DNA of 63,934 nt from a virus (Duplodnaviria; Caudoviricetes): positions 1-63,934 of IMG/VR virus record IMGVR_UViG_3300048588_000315. One strand, written 5' to 3'. The position numbers were made by a program, and so were the translations under genes. Every line of letters begins with the position of its first letter. Positions within the stretch are counted from its first letter, which is position 1. Below are positions 38,765-48,622 of this stretch, piece by piece. The notes under the pieces are model-generated. The model was not told the origin of the DNA, made no database searches, and worked only from the letters and a program-made list of their open reading frames with translations.

Positions 38765-39223
38765 TCATCCGCAACATGTGAGGGGCCTCTTCATAGCAGG
38801 ATGGTCCGCCAATCGTTCCATCATCCGCCGGACAGTGCTCCGCTTTTTCCGTTTCTCCTCGTGAATCGTTTCCGCAAGGCCGATCGCGTGATAGATCGCG
38901 CAGATCCCGGCACTCGAAGACAGCATGTCCACCGGGATGTAGCTGGCTGACTTCATGCGACCGGCTTCTCGTGCGACCTCCGGGTCGGGCGCTCCAGTGG
39001 CGACGACCACTGGAACGTCGCCAGCGCGGCCGAATATCCGTTCACTCAGCGGGCCGCAATCAACACTGAGGACGATGACGTCGATCTCAACCTCCGATAG
39101 AAGAACAACTGCTGCTTCATCTTCGCTTGAGACCACGATCACTTCGACGTCGTTCTGCCGTTGGAGTGCATTCTTCAATGCACTGTGCTTCTCGTTTCCG
39201 TCGACATAGAGTACCGTGATCAT
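38765..39223 (-). CDS. Stand-alone atypical receiver (REC-like) domain protein
   Basis: VLYVDG, IDVIVLSV, PVVVATG, ASYIP reproduce the CheY-fold strand pattern. Confidence 0.7.
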   Translation of the reverse strand: MITVLYVDGNEKHSALKNALQRQNDVEVIVVSSEDEAAVVLLSEVEIDVIVLSVDCGPLSERIFGRAGDVPVVVATGAPDPEVAREAGRMKSASYIPVDMLSSSAGICAIYHAIGLAETIHEEKRKKRSTVRRMMERLADHPAMKRPLTCCG

Positions 39224-39331
39224 TTCAGTTCCTCTTGTGCGAGCTAATAGGTGCGATCCACGCAATCGCAGCTATCAGCTCGCACGCGCGAGCGCGTGCG
39301 AGCCTTCTCGTCACCCCTGACGAGGAGCATG

Positions 39332-39949
39332 TCACTGGGAAGTCGGACTTCCCCCGCCGCCCGAATTGGAAGACCCGGAGTCAGTCGTGCCCGACGGACC
39401 AGTGGATCCAGGCGCGGCGTTATCCGTTCGCATGTTGACGGAGGCCGATGATCCAGGAGCAGCGTTGATCGTGACCGGCACGGTGACTGGCGTACTCTGC
39501 GATGCGTCGGTCTTCGTGTCAGCCCGCTGTGCAGCGTTCGCAGATGCGGACGCGCTCGTGGAGCCGCTGAGATCCAGCCATACTTGGAAGCTGTTCCCGA
39601 TCATGTTCAGCGGTCCGGACGGCGAGCCAGCTTTCATCGCGTCGACTTCGCTCTTCGGAATGGAAGCGATGACTGTGCCGTCGTCGGCCTTCTTGACGAG
39701 ACCGCCTTTCCCGTCCGGCTTGAATCCGGCGGCGAGCAGCGAAGTCGTGGCATCGATGGTCTTGTTCGGGTCGGTGGACACGCCGGATCCGTTGTTCAGC
39801 GGAACGGCGAGAACGAGATTGATCGGCCCGATGTTGTCAGCCGTGTTCTTCTGGAGAGCGCTTTGAGGCGTCTCCGTCTTCTGGTCCTGACAGCCGGTCA
39901 GGGCCATCGGCGCAACGAGCGCCAAGATGCAGATGGGTATCTTCTTCAC
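39332..39949 (-). CDS. Lipoprotein
   Basis: GTG start after AAGGAG; KK-hydrophobic signal with lipobox LTG-C; Ser/Gly-rich tail. Confidence 0.75.
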   Translation of the reverse strand: MKKIPICILALVAPMALTGCQDQKTETPQSALQKNTADNIGPINLVLAVPLNNGSGVSTDPNKTIDATTSLLAAGFKPDGKGGLVKKADDGTVIASIPKSEVDAMKAGSPSGPLNMIGNSFQVWLDLSGSTSASASANAAQRADTKTDASQSTPVTVPVTINAAPGSSASVNMRTDNAAPGSTGPSGTTDSGSSNSGGGGSPTSQ

Positions 39950-40203
39950 GATTCGGTCTCCTTGTCTTTCTGTGCCCGATCCTTTCGGGCCTTGATCACG
40001 CCGGACGCCATCAGCACGATGCCGATGCCGCCGACGAGTTGTTCCACGTATCCTTGAGCGTCCCCCCATCCTTCGATGGTCGTCGTGTCAATGCCGATCT
40101 TCGTGGCGAAGACAGACAGCAGGATCATGGTCAACCCTGCGATAGCACGGCGCACTCCGGGAATGGAGAGCAGCGACCCCACGATTCTCCACGCCTTTGA
40201 CAT
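39946..40203 (-). CDS. Holin-like two-TM protein
   Basis: 85 aa, two hydrophobic helices, charged C-terminus. Confidence 0.6.
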   Translation of the reverse strand: MSKAWRIVGSLLSIPGVRRAIAGLTMILLSVFATKIGIDTTTIEGWGDAQGYVEQLVGGIGIVLMASGVIKARKDRAQKDKETES

Positions 40204-43200
40204 CAGGTTCCTTTCGCCTTTTCATCGACAGTGTCGTTCGGGATCAGCTCCGAAAGCAGATCATGAACGTAGTCCGGTGAGAGGATCGGGAAGAACTTCC
40301 GCTTCACGCGAATGTTCGACTTCGCAGAGTTCCCGCCGCCGCCAGAAACAGGAGCGACGCCAGTTCCACTGAGAGCGAACGTGTATGTGCCCTCGTCCTC
40401 ATCATCGCTCGTGATGGTCAGCGTTCCAGTCTTCGCTTCGGCAGAGGAAGGAGTGAACCGGACCACGACGAGTGCCGATTCTCCGGCCGGAATGACCTGA
40501 GCGCCCGCGCCGTGAACGACTGCGAAGTCGCCCGATCCTTCCGCCATCGTGACACTGAGATCGCCGGATCCATCGTTCGTGATGCGATACGTTCTCTCCG
40601 CATACGTGTTCGTGTAGACGTTCCCGAACGCGGTCCAATCTCCGCTGCTCGGCGTCGCGTCGGCATCGACGATCTCCACGCCATTGCCTGTCACCGTGAT
40701 TTCCGGCGCGACGACGCCAGTCGCCGTGATGTCAAACGTGAACGGCGAATCGGGGCCGCTGTGCGGGATGGACACGGTAGCAGTCACCACTCCTGCTATG
40801 GTCGGGTCCACGGACACTACGAGGTCCGTAGCAGCGTCCGGGGCCAGCGGGTCGGTAGTGGGCTGACCGGTTATGGTGAACGCATATGCGCCATCCCCGC
40901 TCAGTGTAGCTGGCCCTGTCACGTTGCCCGACGCCTCGCCCGCATTGGTGATGGTGAACGTATGCTCACTGCCGCCAGCGTGAACGATGACATCACCGAA
41001 GTCCGTGCCGTCTTCAGTGCTCGGCGTGTCATCGCCATTCGCGATCGACACTTCAAGCGTCTCATCGGCGACTTCCGGCACGAACGCTCGTCCGGTCCCT
41101 TGAATCGCAAACGTGAACGGAGAGGCGGGATCGTTGCTCGCGATCGTCACCGTCGCTGATCGAACGCCGACTGCGCTCGGCGTGAAGCGAATCGTGAACG
41201 TGTCGCCGCCGAACGCTTCAATCGGGCTCGTCGGCTGATCGGTCACTTCAAAGTCGGCCGCGTTCGCGCCACTGAGAACGACCTTCGGCGTTCCAGTGAG
41301 AGTCAGCTCAAGGCCAGCGGCCTCGTTCAACTCGAATACGACATCAGTGTTATTGCCGAAGTCAACGTTCCCGAAGTCAGTGTCGTCCGCAGGATCCGGC
41401 GTCGCGTCGCCCGACGTGATGAGAACGTCGTTCCCGTAGACTTCCAGTTCCGGATCGGAAGGGACAGGAACGCAATCGCCCGCGATATCAAACTCGAAAT
41501 CGCCAGCGATCGGAGTACCATTCTCATCGGTGCGATTCATCGGGATGACAACGGTCGCGACCTTCGCGCCCTCGCTTGTCGGCGAGAAGCGAATCGTGAA
41601 CGTCGTGGTCTCCTCGGCGTCCAGCGTCGCGTCGCCAACCTGAGCGTGAACTTCGAACTGATCGGCGTCATCGCCTTCGATGGTGATTGTGCCGATACTC
41701 AGTGCAGCTTCGTTGTCCACTCCGGCTTCGATCGTATACGTTCGGTCCTCGGTGAGATCGACGATACACTCTTCGAAGTCAGTGTGATCGGCAACGGACG
41801 GAGTCGTGTCGCCGCTGTCGATCTCAACTCCGTTCCCCGACACGATAGCTTCGCGGATCGTGACCTGAGCCGTGCCGGTGATGTCGAACGTGTAAGTCGA
41901 CGGGTTCCCGCCAGCGTCAAACGAGACCGTCGCGGTCTTCACGCCAGCAGACGTCGGATTGAACGTGACAGTGAAGGTCTCGCTGCTGATGCTCTCGGTC
42001 GTCTCAGGCTGAGTGATGGAGAACTGATCGGCGTTCGCACCACTGAGCTCGATGTCACCTGAGATAGTGATGGTCCCGCCATCGACTTCGATGGTGAACT
42101 CATGAGCAACCGGAGCCCCAGTGTCCGTCGTCCCGAAGTCCGTGTCATCAGTCACGCTCGGCGTCGTGTCACCACTCTCGATGACGACCGCGTTCCCCGA
42201 GACCGTGTAATCAGCCAGTCCGGGAGCGAGTGAAGCCCAGTATGAGTAGCGCGCGTCGACCTCAAACGTCGTGACGTTGAGACACGTATTGTTCCCACCC
42301 GGCTCAATGAGCACGTGGATATCCGCGAGGTCACTGAGCGCGTCGAGCTCCGGATCGGCGGGGAAGTTAGAAAGGTCCGGCGTGAGCCATCTCGTGCAGT
42401 CTTGTCCTCCAGATTCGAGATTGAACGGATACTCGCCACCGATGTTCGATCCGCCGCTGCCAAACTTCATCTTCGCAGCGCCGGAGTAGCTGCCTGCGAT
42501 GGTAGTGATCTGACCGCGAGTGCGGAGAGCCAGCAACGTGCGATCCTGTCCGGTCAACGCTTCAGGCTCGTCGAACACGATGCCGACGTTCAGCGCTCCG
42601 TCTGTGAACGGATCGCTTCCGGGCCACGGATCGCGGAAGACGATCTTCAGGTGGCCCGGACTGGTCCCTTGAACGACGTCCAGCGCCGTCTCGCCCGGAT
42701 CCTCACCGACTACGCCAGTATCCGCGACCCACTCATCAAACTGATAGATGGACAACGGCGGGAGAGCAGCAGTCGTGTACCCGAACTCCCATGCGTTCAC
42801 TGCGAAGACATCTCCGTCCCATCCGCCGTCAGGCTCCCATCCTCCGGCCATCGACGGGATACCGCCGTCATCGAGACAGTGGGCCAGCAGTGTCCCGGCG
42901 AAAGCTGTCACGCCAGTGCGCAGCTCCCATTGTCCGCTTTGATACGCGACGTGATACCCATTGCCGTCCGCAATGAAGACAGCGTAGTCGTTCGCCATGT
43001 CCTTCCATCGGAACAGGAGACCGGTCGGGTCCGGCGTTCCGCCGCACGACAGCACGAGACCGCGCTTGTTCTCTTCGATATCCACCGTGCAGATATCGGG
43101 GATCGCGGTCTCGCTGTTGTGCGCCGTCCAGCCGAACTTCGGCGGAACATTTTCATTATCCGGATCGGCCGGAGCGCGGAGATACTCACTGTCCGGTCCG

Positions 43201-43418
43201 CCGAAGAAAACATCAAACGCGGTCGTGGACTTCGACGAGATCCAGTACTTCTCGCCGTCGATGAACATGTCACTGCTGTCATCGTGGAACCAGATCCAGA
43301 AGTCCTGACCCGTATTGTTGCGAGTCCACTTCTGCTTGCCGTTCTTGGTTCCGTCGACAGTGTGATCGCCGTTCTTTCGCGTATCACCAGCGCCGGACAT
43401 GACGATTTTCGTACTCAT
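40203..43418 (-). CDS. Large acidic protein with tandem Ig-like (choice-of-anchor D / ASH-like) repeats
   Basis: Five repeats of V.GN.V.I..GD.TPS..D.TDFG ... F.P...G...ATV.I ... FTF.I.G. Confidence 0.85.
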   Translation of the reverse strand: MSTKIVMSGAGDTRKNGDHTVDGTKNGKQKWTRNNTGQDFWIWFHDDSSDMFIDGEKYWISSKSTTAFDVFFGGPDSEYLRAPADPDNENVPPKFGWTAHNSETAIPDICTVDIEENKRGLVLSCGGTPDPTGLLFRWKDMANDYAVFIADGNGYHVAYQSGQWELRTGVTAFAGTLLAHCLDDGGIPSMAGGWEPDGGWDGDVFAVNAWEFGYTTAALPPLSIYQFDEWVADTGVVGEDPGETALDVVQGTSPGHLKIVFRDPWPGSDPFTDGALNVGIVFDEPEALTGQDRTLLALRTRGQITTIAGSYSGAAKMKFGSGGSNIGGEYPFNLESGGQDCTRWLTPDLSNFPADPELDALSDLADIHVLIEPGGNNTCLNVTTFEVDARYSYWASLAPGLADYTVSGNAVVIESGDTTPSVTDDTDFGTTDTGAPVAHEFTIEVDGGTITISGDIELSGANADQFSITQPETTESISSETFTVTFNPTSAGVKTATVSFDAGGNPSTYTFDITGTAQVTIREAIVSGNGVEIDSGDTTPSVADHTDFEECIVDLTEDRTYTIEAGVDNEAALSIGTITIEGDDADQFEVHAQVGDATLDAEETTTFTIRFSPTSEGAKVATVVIPMNRTDENGTPIAGDFEFDIAGDCVPVPSDPELEVYGNDVLITSGDATPDPADDTDFGNVDFGNNTDVVFELNEAAGLELTLTGTPKVVLSGANAADFEVTDQPTSPIEAFGGDTFTIRFTPSAVGVRSATVTIASNDPASPFTFAIQGTGRAFVPEVADETLEVSIANGDDTPSTEDGTDFGDVIVHAGGSEHTFTITNAGEASGNVTGPATLSGDGAYAFTITGQPTTDPLAPDAATDLVVSVDPTIAGVVTATVSIPHSGPDSPFTFDITATGVVAPEITVTGNGVEIVDADATPSSGDWTAFGNVYTNTYAERTYRITNDGSGDLSVTMAEGSGDFAVVHGAGAQVIPAGESALVVVRFTPSSAEAKTGTLTITSDDEDEGTYTFALSGTGVAPVSGGGGNSAKSNIRVKRKFFPILSPDYVHDLLSELIPNDTVDEKAKGT

Positions 43419-43442
43419 CTCAAGCTCTCACTCTATGCGTTT

Positions 43443-43670
43443 TCAGATGTCCACTTCGAGCGTCTGTTCAACGTACTCGAGAACAGATTCGCTGATGATG
43501 GCGAGAGGCGCGGTCTTGATGCCGTCCTTCTGAGCCCGACGGATCGCGGCCTTCCGTGCAGCTTTCGTTCGCTCCGCCTGCGACCGCCGTCGTGCTTTGC
43601 GGTTCGGCATGATCGCCGATCGTTCTTCGCGAAAAGCCTTCAGTGTCTTATCTTCGTTCATGATCCTCAT
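43443..43670 (-). CDS. Small basic hypothetical protein
   Basis: ATGA overlap with the terminase stop. Confidence 0.55.
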   Translation of the reverse strand: MRIMNEDKTLKAFREERSAIMPNRKARRRSQAERTKAARKAAIRRAQKDGIKTAPLAIISESVLEYVEQTLEVDI

Positions 43671-45949
43671 CCAGTAGTGAACGTCGCCTTTGCAATGTTG
43701 ATCTTCCGCATCTGGTTCGCGATTCCCCACTTGAAGACCGTATCATCATGACAGCCGGGATCGGCTTCGAAGTTCCCGTTCTTCTGCAGCTTGAACGTCG
43801 TGCACTCTCGCATGAACTCCCGGTCTCGACAAAGATCAGCGATCGTATCCACTTCGAACCATTCATATAGATCATCGAGGAGAAGCGGTCGCGTCACAAC
43901 GTCCGTCGGCCATCCGGCCCGACCCGCGTCCTTCATCGTCGCGCCGTGATGATAGAGCCGACCGCCGTGAAGCTGATCGGTGCGATACCGCGATCCGCCG
44001 TGCTCCTTCACCCACTGGATCACCGAGTGACCGTGATTGTTTCGCTCGATTCCCCACAGCGCTTCGTTGTATCGCTTCACCAGCTTCAGCGAGTGCTCGC
44101 CGAGTTTGTCGGGCCGCCATCGACCGTGGATCGCCGCGACCTGACGACCGTTGTCCTTCCGCATGATTCCCGTACCGTTCAGGTCTCCGCCCGGAAGACC
44201 TTCGCTCGTGTCGGATCCGGCAACGTACTGAACGTTCGGCGACGGCGGCTCCCACTCCACCACGTATCCGCCCGGAAGCTGCTTCACATCTTCAACGAAA
44301 CTCCATCGCTCAAGAAGGATGAGCAGCAGATCATTGTTGTAGAACGGAGTGCCGCTGGTGATGAAGCACGATACGTCGTCCTCCGGATACTCTTGCACGA
44401 ACAGACGGCCGAACTCTCGCTTCGTGCGACGACGCCATGCGATCTCCTCGGCGCCGATACGACGACCGTAGTCTCGCTTCGCACGCTCGATGATCGCCTT
44501 CTCTTCATCGCTGAGATGCGACATGATGTCGCGTCGCTCTTCGGCGCTGTCGACAAGAACGCGGTTCAGCGGATCCATGTACCACGGAAGGAATAGAGGA
44601 ATCCAATCGTTGACTCCGTTCTTCGCTTCCTTGTACGTGTGAGCGAACCACTCGTATCCGTTCGGCGTCGTCTCAAGCACGACTTCGCCGTTCGAAGCTG
44701 CTCCCAACAGACCGGCAACGAGATCCTCCACGCGCTCCATCGATCCATCGCACCACTTCGATACCTCAGATCCATGAACGCGCTGAAGCGTATCACCACG
44801 AGAGAAGCCGCGTCCGCCCGCCGTGCCGATGAAGAACGTCGACCCGCTGTCTGCGAAATCAAGCGACGACTTGCTGTCGTTCGCGAGTCGAGGCTTCCGT
44901 GGATCCTTCTCATGGAAGATACTCACCATGCGGAAGATTCGGTTCGTTGACTCGCGGGTCTGCGCGAGCGTGACCGCCTGAGCATGCGATGACGAGACGC
45001 ACAGCCGATACGACTGCGCTTGCTCCAACGTGGTGAATCCGCCCCGACGGTACTTCAGCAGCAGGAAGCGTGGACGCTTGCCCTGCTTGATGGCCAGACG
45101 CTTCATGGCGAGGTACCGCCGTTGCAGCTTACTAAGGTAGAACGGCAGTACGGGCGACCCCTCAATGCGAGCATCGACCATCGCCTGCTGCTCAGGCGAC
45201 AGCAGTGCGACGGGCTTGTCGGTGCGAATCCACAGCCGACGCTTCGCAAAGCGCGTGATCGGCGGCGTCGTGACAACGACATCGGGCCGCACTTCAACGA
45301 ATCGCTGGATCTCGGCTCTCGACAGATCAGCCAGAAGTTCTTCTTGCTTCGATCGCTGATCAGGGTACGCTGCGACAACGTCGGCCGCAGAAACACACTT
45401 CTTCTCAGGCAGATCCATCGTCCAGTGATTCAACGTTCGCGGGACTTCACTCACTGCGATGAACGCCGAGCCTTCAGTAGCTTGCCGGAAGCGATTCGCA
45501 ATCTCGTAGGAGACGGAGTGAGCCTCGCAGATCACCGCGCAATCCAGCGAGGTGAAGGGAAGATCCTCCATCTGCAGATCTTTCGCAGCGCCGATCCACA
45601 GCGTGTATCGCTGAAGCTTGACCGCCGACAGACCGCCGACGTTCCGCTTCCCAGCGTACGGAATTCGCAGTTTCTCGATCCAGTCGAGCGCTGTGCGATA
45701 GGTCTTGTTCGCGCTGTGCGTGATGAGAACCGCGTCGGCCTCGTTCTCGAAGACCCCACGTTCCATCGCCCGCGACAGAAGACCGGCAAGGAATGAAGAC
45801 GCTGCTCTCGCGTTCAACGGCGGAAGGAAGACCGCGAGATCGCACTCGCGCTGAAGAGGGATGATTCCCTTCCAGCAGCGGGCGACGCGGATCGCTCCGG
45901 ATGCCGCTGATTCAGTGCTGACCGAACTGATCGCGTGTATCGTTGTCAT
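43667..45949 (-). CDS. Terminase large subunit with N-terminal extension
   Basis: LLKYRRGGFTT, VHGSEV, ETTPNG ATPase motifs; GSDTSEG, IERNNHG, HDDTV nuclease motifs. Confidence 0.92.
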   Translation of the reverse strand: MTTIHAISSVSTESAASGAIRVARCWKGIIPLQRECDLAVFLPPLNARAASSFLAGLLSRAMERGVFENEADAVLITHSANKTYRTALDWIEKLRIPYAGKRNVGGLSAVKLQRYTLWIGAAKDLQMEDLPFTSLDCAVICEAHSVSYEIANRFRQATEGSAFIAVSEVPRTLNHWTMDLPEKKCVSAADVVAAYPDQRSKQEELLADLSRAEIQRFVEVRPDVVVTTPPITRFAKRRLWIRTDKPVALLSPEQQAMVDARIEGSPVLPFYLSKLQRRYLAMKRLAIKQGKRPRFLLLKYRRGGFTTLEQAQSYRLCVSSSHAQAVTLAQTRESTNRIFRMVSIFHEKDPRKPRLANDSKSSLDFADSGSTFFIGTAGGRGFSRGDTLQRVHGSEVSKWCDGSMERVEDLVAGLLGAASNGEVVLETTPNGYEWFAHTYKEAKNGVNDWIPLFLPWYMDPLNRVLVDSAEERRDIMSHLSDEEKAIIERAKRDYGRRIGAEEIAWRRRTKREFGRLFVQEYPEDDVSCFITSGTPFYNNDLLLILLERWSFVEDVKQLPGGYVVEWEPPSPNVQYVAGSDTSEGLPGGDLNGTGIMRKDNGRQVAAIHGRWRPDKLGEHSLKLVKRYNEALWGIERNNHGHSVIQWVKEHGGSRYRTDQLHGGRLYHHGATMKDAGRAGWPTDVVTRPLLLDDLYEWFEVDTIADLCRDREFMRECTTFKLQKNGNFEADPGCHDDTVFKWGIANQMRKINIAKATFTTG

Positions 45950-46157
45950 GAGAGCGCAGTGTCTTCGGCGGTGGACAGGGCGGAGGCTTCGGCTTGCTCG
46001 TTCCTGATGAACCGCGTCGGTAGCGATACGATCCCGATGATCCGGGATTCTGGCTCTGTCCACCGAAGATCAACCACAGAATGAACACTGTGATGAGAAG
46101 TCCGGTGAATGACACTGCTGCTCTCTGTCTCTGTCTTGAAAGGAAAGGCTGATGCAA
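45912..46157 (-). CDS. Small membrane protein
   Basis: One TM segment followed by a Gly/Pro-rich tail; start uncertain. Confidence 0.45.
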   Translation of the reverse strand: MHQPFLSRQRQRAAVSFTGLLITVFILWLIFGGQSQNPGSSGSYRYRRGSSGTSKPKPPPCPPPKTLRSHDNDTRDQFGQH

Positions 46158-46232
46158 GGCGGCACGAACGGATCGGGTGACGGCAATCGCGACATGGTCC
46201 GACCGGCTGTGCCTCCTCGTATCAGTCCTTCA

Positions 46233-46469
46233 CTACTTGATCACGCTCGGCGCTGTCGCCGTGTTCATCGCTCCAACGTACATCGTCTCGCGACCGACGC
46301 GAGGAGCGGCCTTCGGTCCGCAGTCATAGATCGGCTCAGGAAAGCCGATGGGCCGACGAGACAGATCCACTCGTTCCACTGCCTCGTGGAACATCGTGCC
46401 GAAGCGAACCGGCACACGACCGACTCGCTTCTCGTTCTTCGATCCTTCAGTCGACGGAGATTGTGACAT
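46233..46469 (-). CDS. Hypothetical protein
   Basis: 78 aa overlapping the end of the TerS candidate. Confidence 0.5.
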   Translation of the reverse strand: MSQSPSTEGSKNEKRVGRVPVRFGTMFHEAVERVDLSRRPIGFPEPIYDCGPKAAPRVGRETMYVGAMNTATAPSVIK

Positions 46470-47154
46470 TCGCTTTCCCTTCCTTGCCGATGACCTTGAT
46501 ATTGTTCAGGTCAGTCATGATCTTGTCGAACAGCGCTGGCGAGTCCTCGCGAAGGTGACGGGCTATCACCAGTCCCACTTCGCTGATCACCCAGTCAACG
46601 TTCTTCGCATCCAACGTACTCGCCGAAAGCGCCTTCGCCTTATGAGAAGCGAGAACCAGCGAAGCTACATGGTTCAAGGCCTCTCGCAGCGTGATCGTCG
46701 CCTGAGCCTTCAGGCGAGACACGTGGTCCTCATCGAGATTCTTTCCCTTCAGGCCGTCTTCAATAACGACCTTGTCGTACATCTCAATCGCACGAAGAGC
46801 CATGACCCGAGCAACATCGCACTCCTGTTCCAACGCCAGTCGTGCGTCGCCCTCGGCTTCCGCCTCGGCGAGCAGCTGCTTGAGCTTCGGTCCCAGTCGC
46901 TTACTATAGTACATCAGTTCCTGTCTCAGTCCAGCGTGTCGGCCCGATGCGATCCGTTGAGCCGTGCGACCTCCGTGCCTCGCACAGAAGTTCGTTCCTC
47001 GCAGGGCCCATCGGCCGCATTGAAGACCGAGGAAGTTGTGAGACTGACATCGCTGAGGATGTCCTTCGGGCGGAGGTCCGCCGCATCCCACTTTCTTCAC
47101 GGATGGATCTATCCGCCACTCGCGGAGTTTTCTGCTTTTCCTTCGCTTCGCCAC
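46447..47154 (-). CDS. Probable terminase small subunit
   Basis: RCQ...QC...A..G...CARHGG zinc motif, helical C-terminus, upstream of TerL. Confidence 0.7.
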   Translation of the reverse strand: MAKRRKSRKLREWRIDPSVKKVGCGGPPPEGHPQRCQSHNFLGLQCGRWALRGTNFCARHGGRTAQRIASGRHAGLRQELMYYSKRLGPKLKQLLAEAEAEGDARLALEQECDVARVMALRAIEMYDKVVIEDGLKGKNLDEDHVSRLKAQATITLREALNHVASLVLASHKAKALSASTLDAKNVDWVISEVGLVIARHLREDSPALFDKIMTDLNNIKVIGKEGKANVTISVD

Positions 47155-47234
47155 ATTTCAACTTTTCTCGGGTCGCCTTATTAGGATCTCACAAAATCCA
47201 TGTGGATTCCGCGATGTCCCCCTCAACCCGCGTA

Positions 47235-47903
47235 TTATACCATAGATCGATGCCTGACGATGGCCCCACATTGGGCCATCACGTTCTCTGCGAATTCAGT
47301 GACATAGTCTGGCGTATCCAGCTTCGCTTCGCTGAGGACTACGAGAATCGTCTCGGCCGTGTCGACAGTCACTGTAGCTACGATGCCATCCTCAATCTTT
47401 CGCTGATAGGATCGGCTCCATCCGGCGCGACGAGCGAATTCGCTCTGCGTCAGCCCGGCTTCCTCTCTCGCTGCGAGGAATGCGAGCCGATCGATACTGC
47501 ACCGAATATCCGGCCGAAAGATCAATCGGCTGAACTGCTTCGGCTTCTCGATCGCCTGAGACTTCTTATTCCTGTCCCAGCATGATCGGCAACATGCTGA
47601 CTTCTCGCTCTTCGAAACGACCCATCTGCTGAGCTCCATCACGAGACGAGAACATGATGGGCACTTCCTGTCCGGAGCAACCGACAGGATGATCTTCTCC
47701 CGCTCCTCGTATCGCTGATCTTTCCGGTACTCGGCAACGTCGGCAAGATCCTTCCAGTCACACTTCCTGGATCTCCGTCTTTCTTCATACTGCTCGATGC
47801 GTTTCGCCTCATCCAGTATGCTCTTCGCGTCCTTGAAGATGTTCACGCAAGCTGTCCTTTCTCTTCGTGTTTGCAGCAGGGTACTCTCAGATGGTCCATA
47901 CAT
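47235..47903 (-). CDS. Zn-ribbon + XRE-type HTH regulator
   Basis: CPSC/CRSC pairs; AREEAGLTQSEFARRAGWSRSYQRKIEDG HTH; the true start may be downstream. Confidence 0.8.
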   Translation of the reverse strand: MYGPSESTLLQTRRERTACVNIFKDAKSILDEAKRIEQYEERRRSRKCDWKDLADVAEYRKDQRYEEREKIILSVAPDRKCPSCSRLVMELSRWVVSKSEKSACCRSCWDRNKKSQAIEKPKQFSRLIFRPDIRCSIDRLAFLAAREEAGLTQSEFARRAGWSRSYQRKIEDGIVATVTVDTAETILVVLSEAKLDTPDYVTEFAENVMAQCGAIVRHRSMV

Positions 47904-48112
47904 GGGCCATACAAGAGTTGTAATGTGTCACCTGTATATAGCTTGTACGATTCCGCTGAGTGTACCCTAATACTGATTACTGGGCATTTGAATAAATACA
48001 ATAATGGGCTATACGTGGTAGATATTTGCGAATCTTATATCTTCTGCCGGTTCAAGCCGACTGCCGCCAGCGCGCTCACTGCAACTCTTCCCCGGCCCAT
48101 ACTTGGACCATT
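47881..48112. other. Palindrome-bounded AT-rich element, copy 2
   Basis: Arms AGATGGTCCATACATGGGCCAT..AAGAGTTG and CACTGCAACTCTTCCCCGGCCCATACTTGGACCAT match copy 1. Confidence 0.75.
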
Positions 48113-48138
48113 TCCGACCGCCGAGAAATGCCCGTTTC

Positions 48139-48579
48139 TCATCTTTTCTCCGCTGTGCCGTCCTCCGGTCGTCGTGTTCTACGCGGATCGCCATCAATGT
48201 TCGTCCATTTGTGGATGGCCCACAGCGATGCTCTCGTCTGTATGTCCATGTCAAACGACTCGAGAGTCAGCTTCCCGAGACCGACGATCTCATACCGTTT
48301 GTCCACGTACGAGACTTCAATGACATGACGAGCCGAGTCCAGCCGCATGACGATCGCATTATCCCCGCGAATGTTCAGATCACCGATGAACTTCAACTGA
48401 AGTGGCGTGAGTTTCCTCGATCCAACCTTGAACTCCACCCATCCTCTCCAGTTCCAATGAGAGACATACGTGTCGGGCCATCCGGCCGCTTGCATCGCGT
48501 GTCCGTGGAGCTTGAGAACCTTCGCGCCAGCTGTCTTCAGTGCCGACCCGATGTACGATGAGAATTGTGATTCGTTCAT
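48139..48579 (-). CDS. VRR-NUC / PD-(D/E)XK nuclease (resolvase-like)
   Basis: GWPD...WVEFK....LTPLQ motif. Confidence 0.8.
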   Translation of the reverse strand: MNESQFSSYIGSALKTAGAKVLKLHGHAMQAAGWPDTYVSHWNWRGWVEFKVGSRKLTPLQLKFIGDLNIRGDNAIVMRLDSARHVIEVSYVDKRYEIVGLGKLTLESFDMDIQTRASLWAIHKWTNIDGDPRRTRRPEDGTAEKR

Positions 48580-48622
48580 GATTCCTCTATCAGAGAAAGC
48601 GTGAAGGAAGAACAGTACTTGA

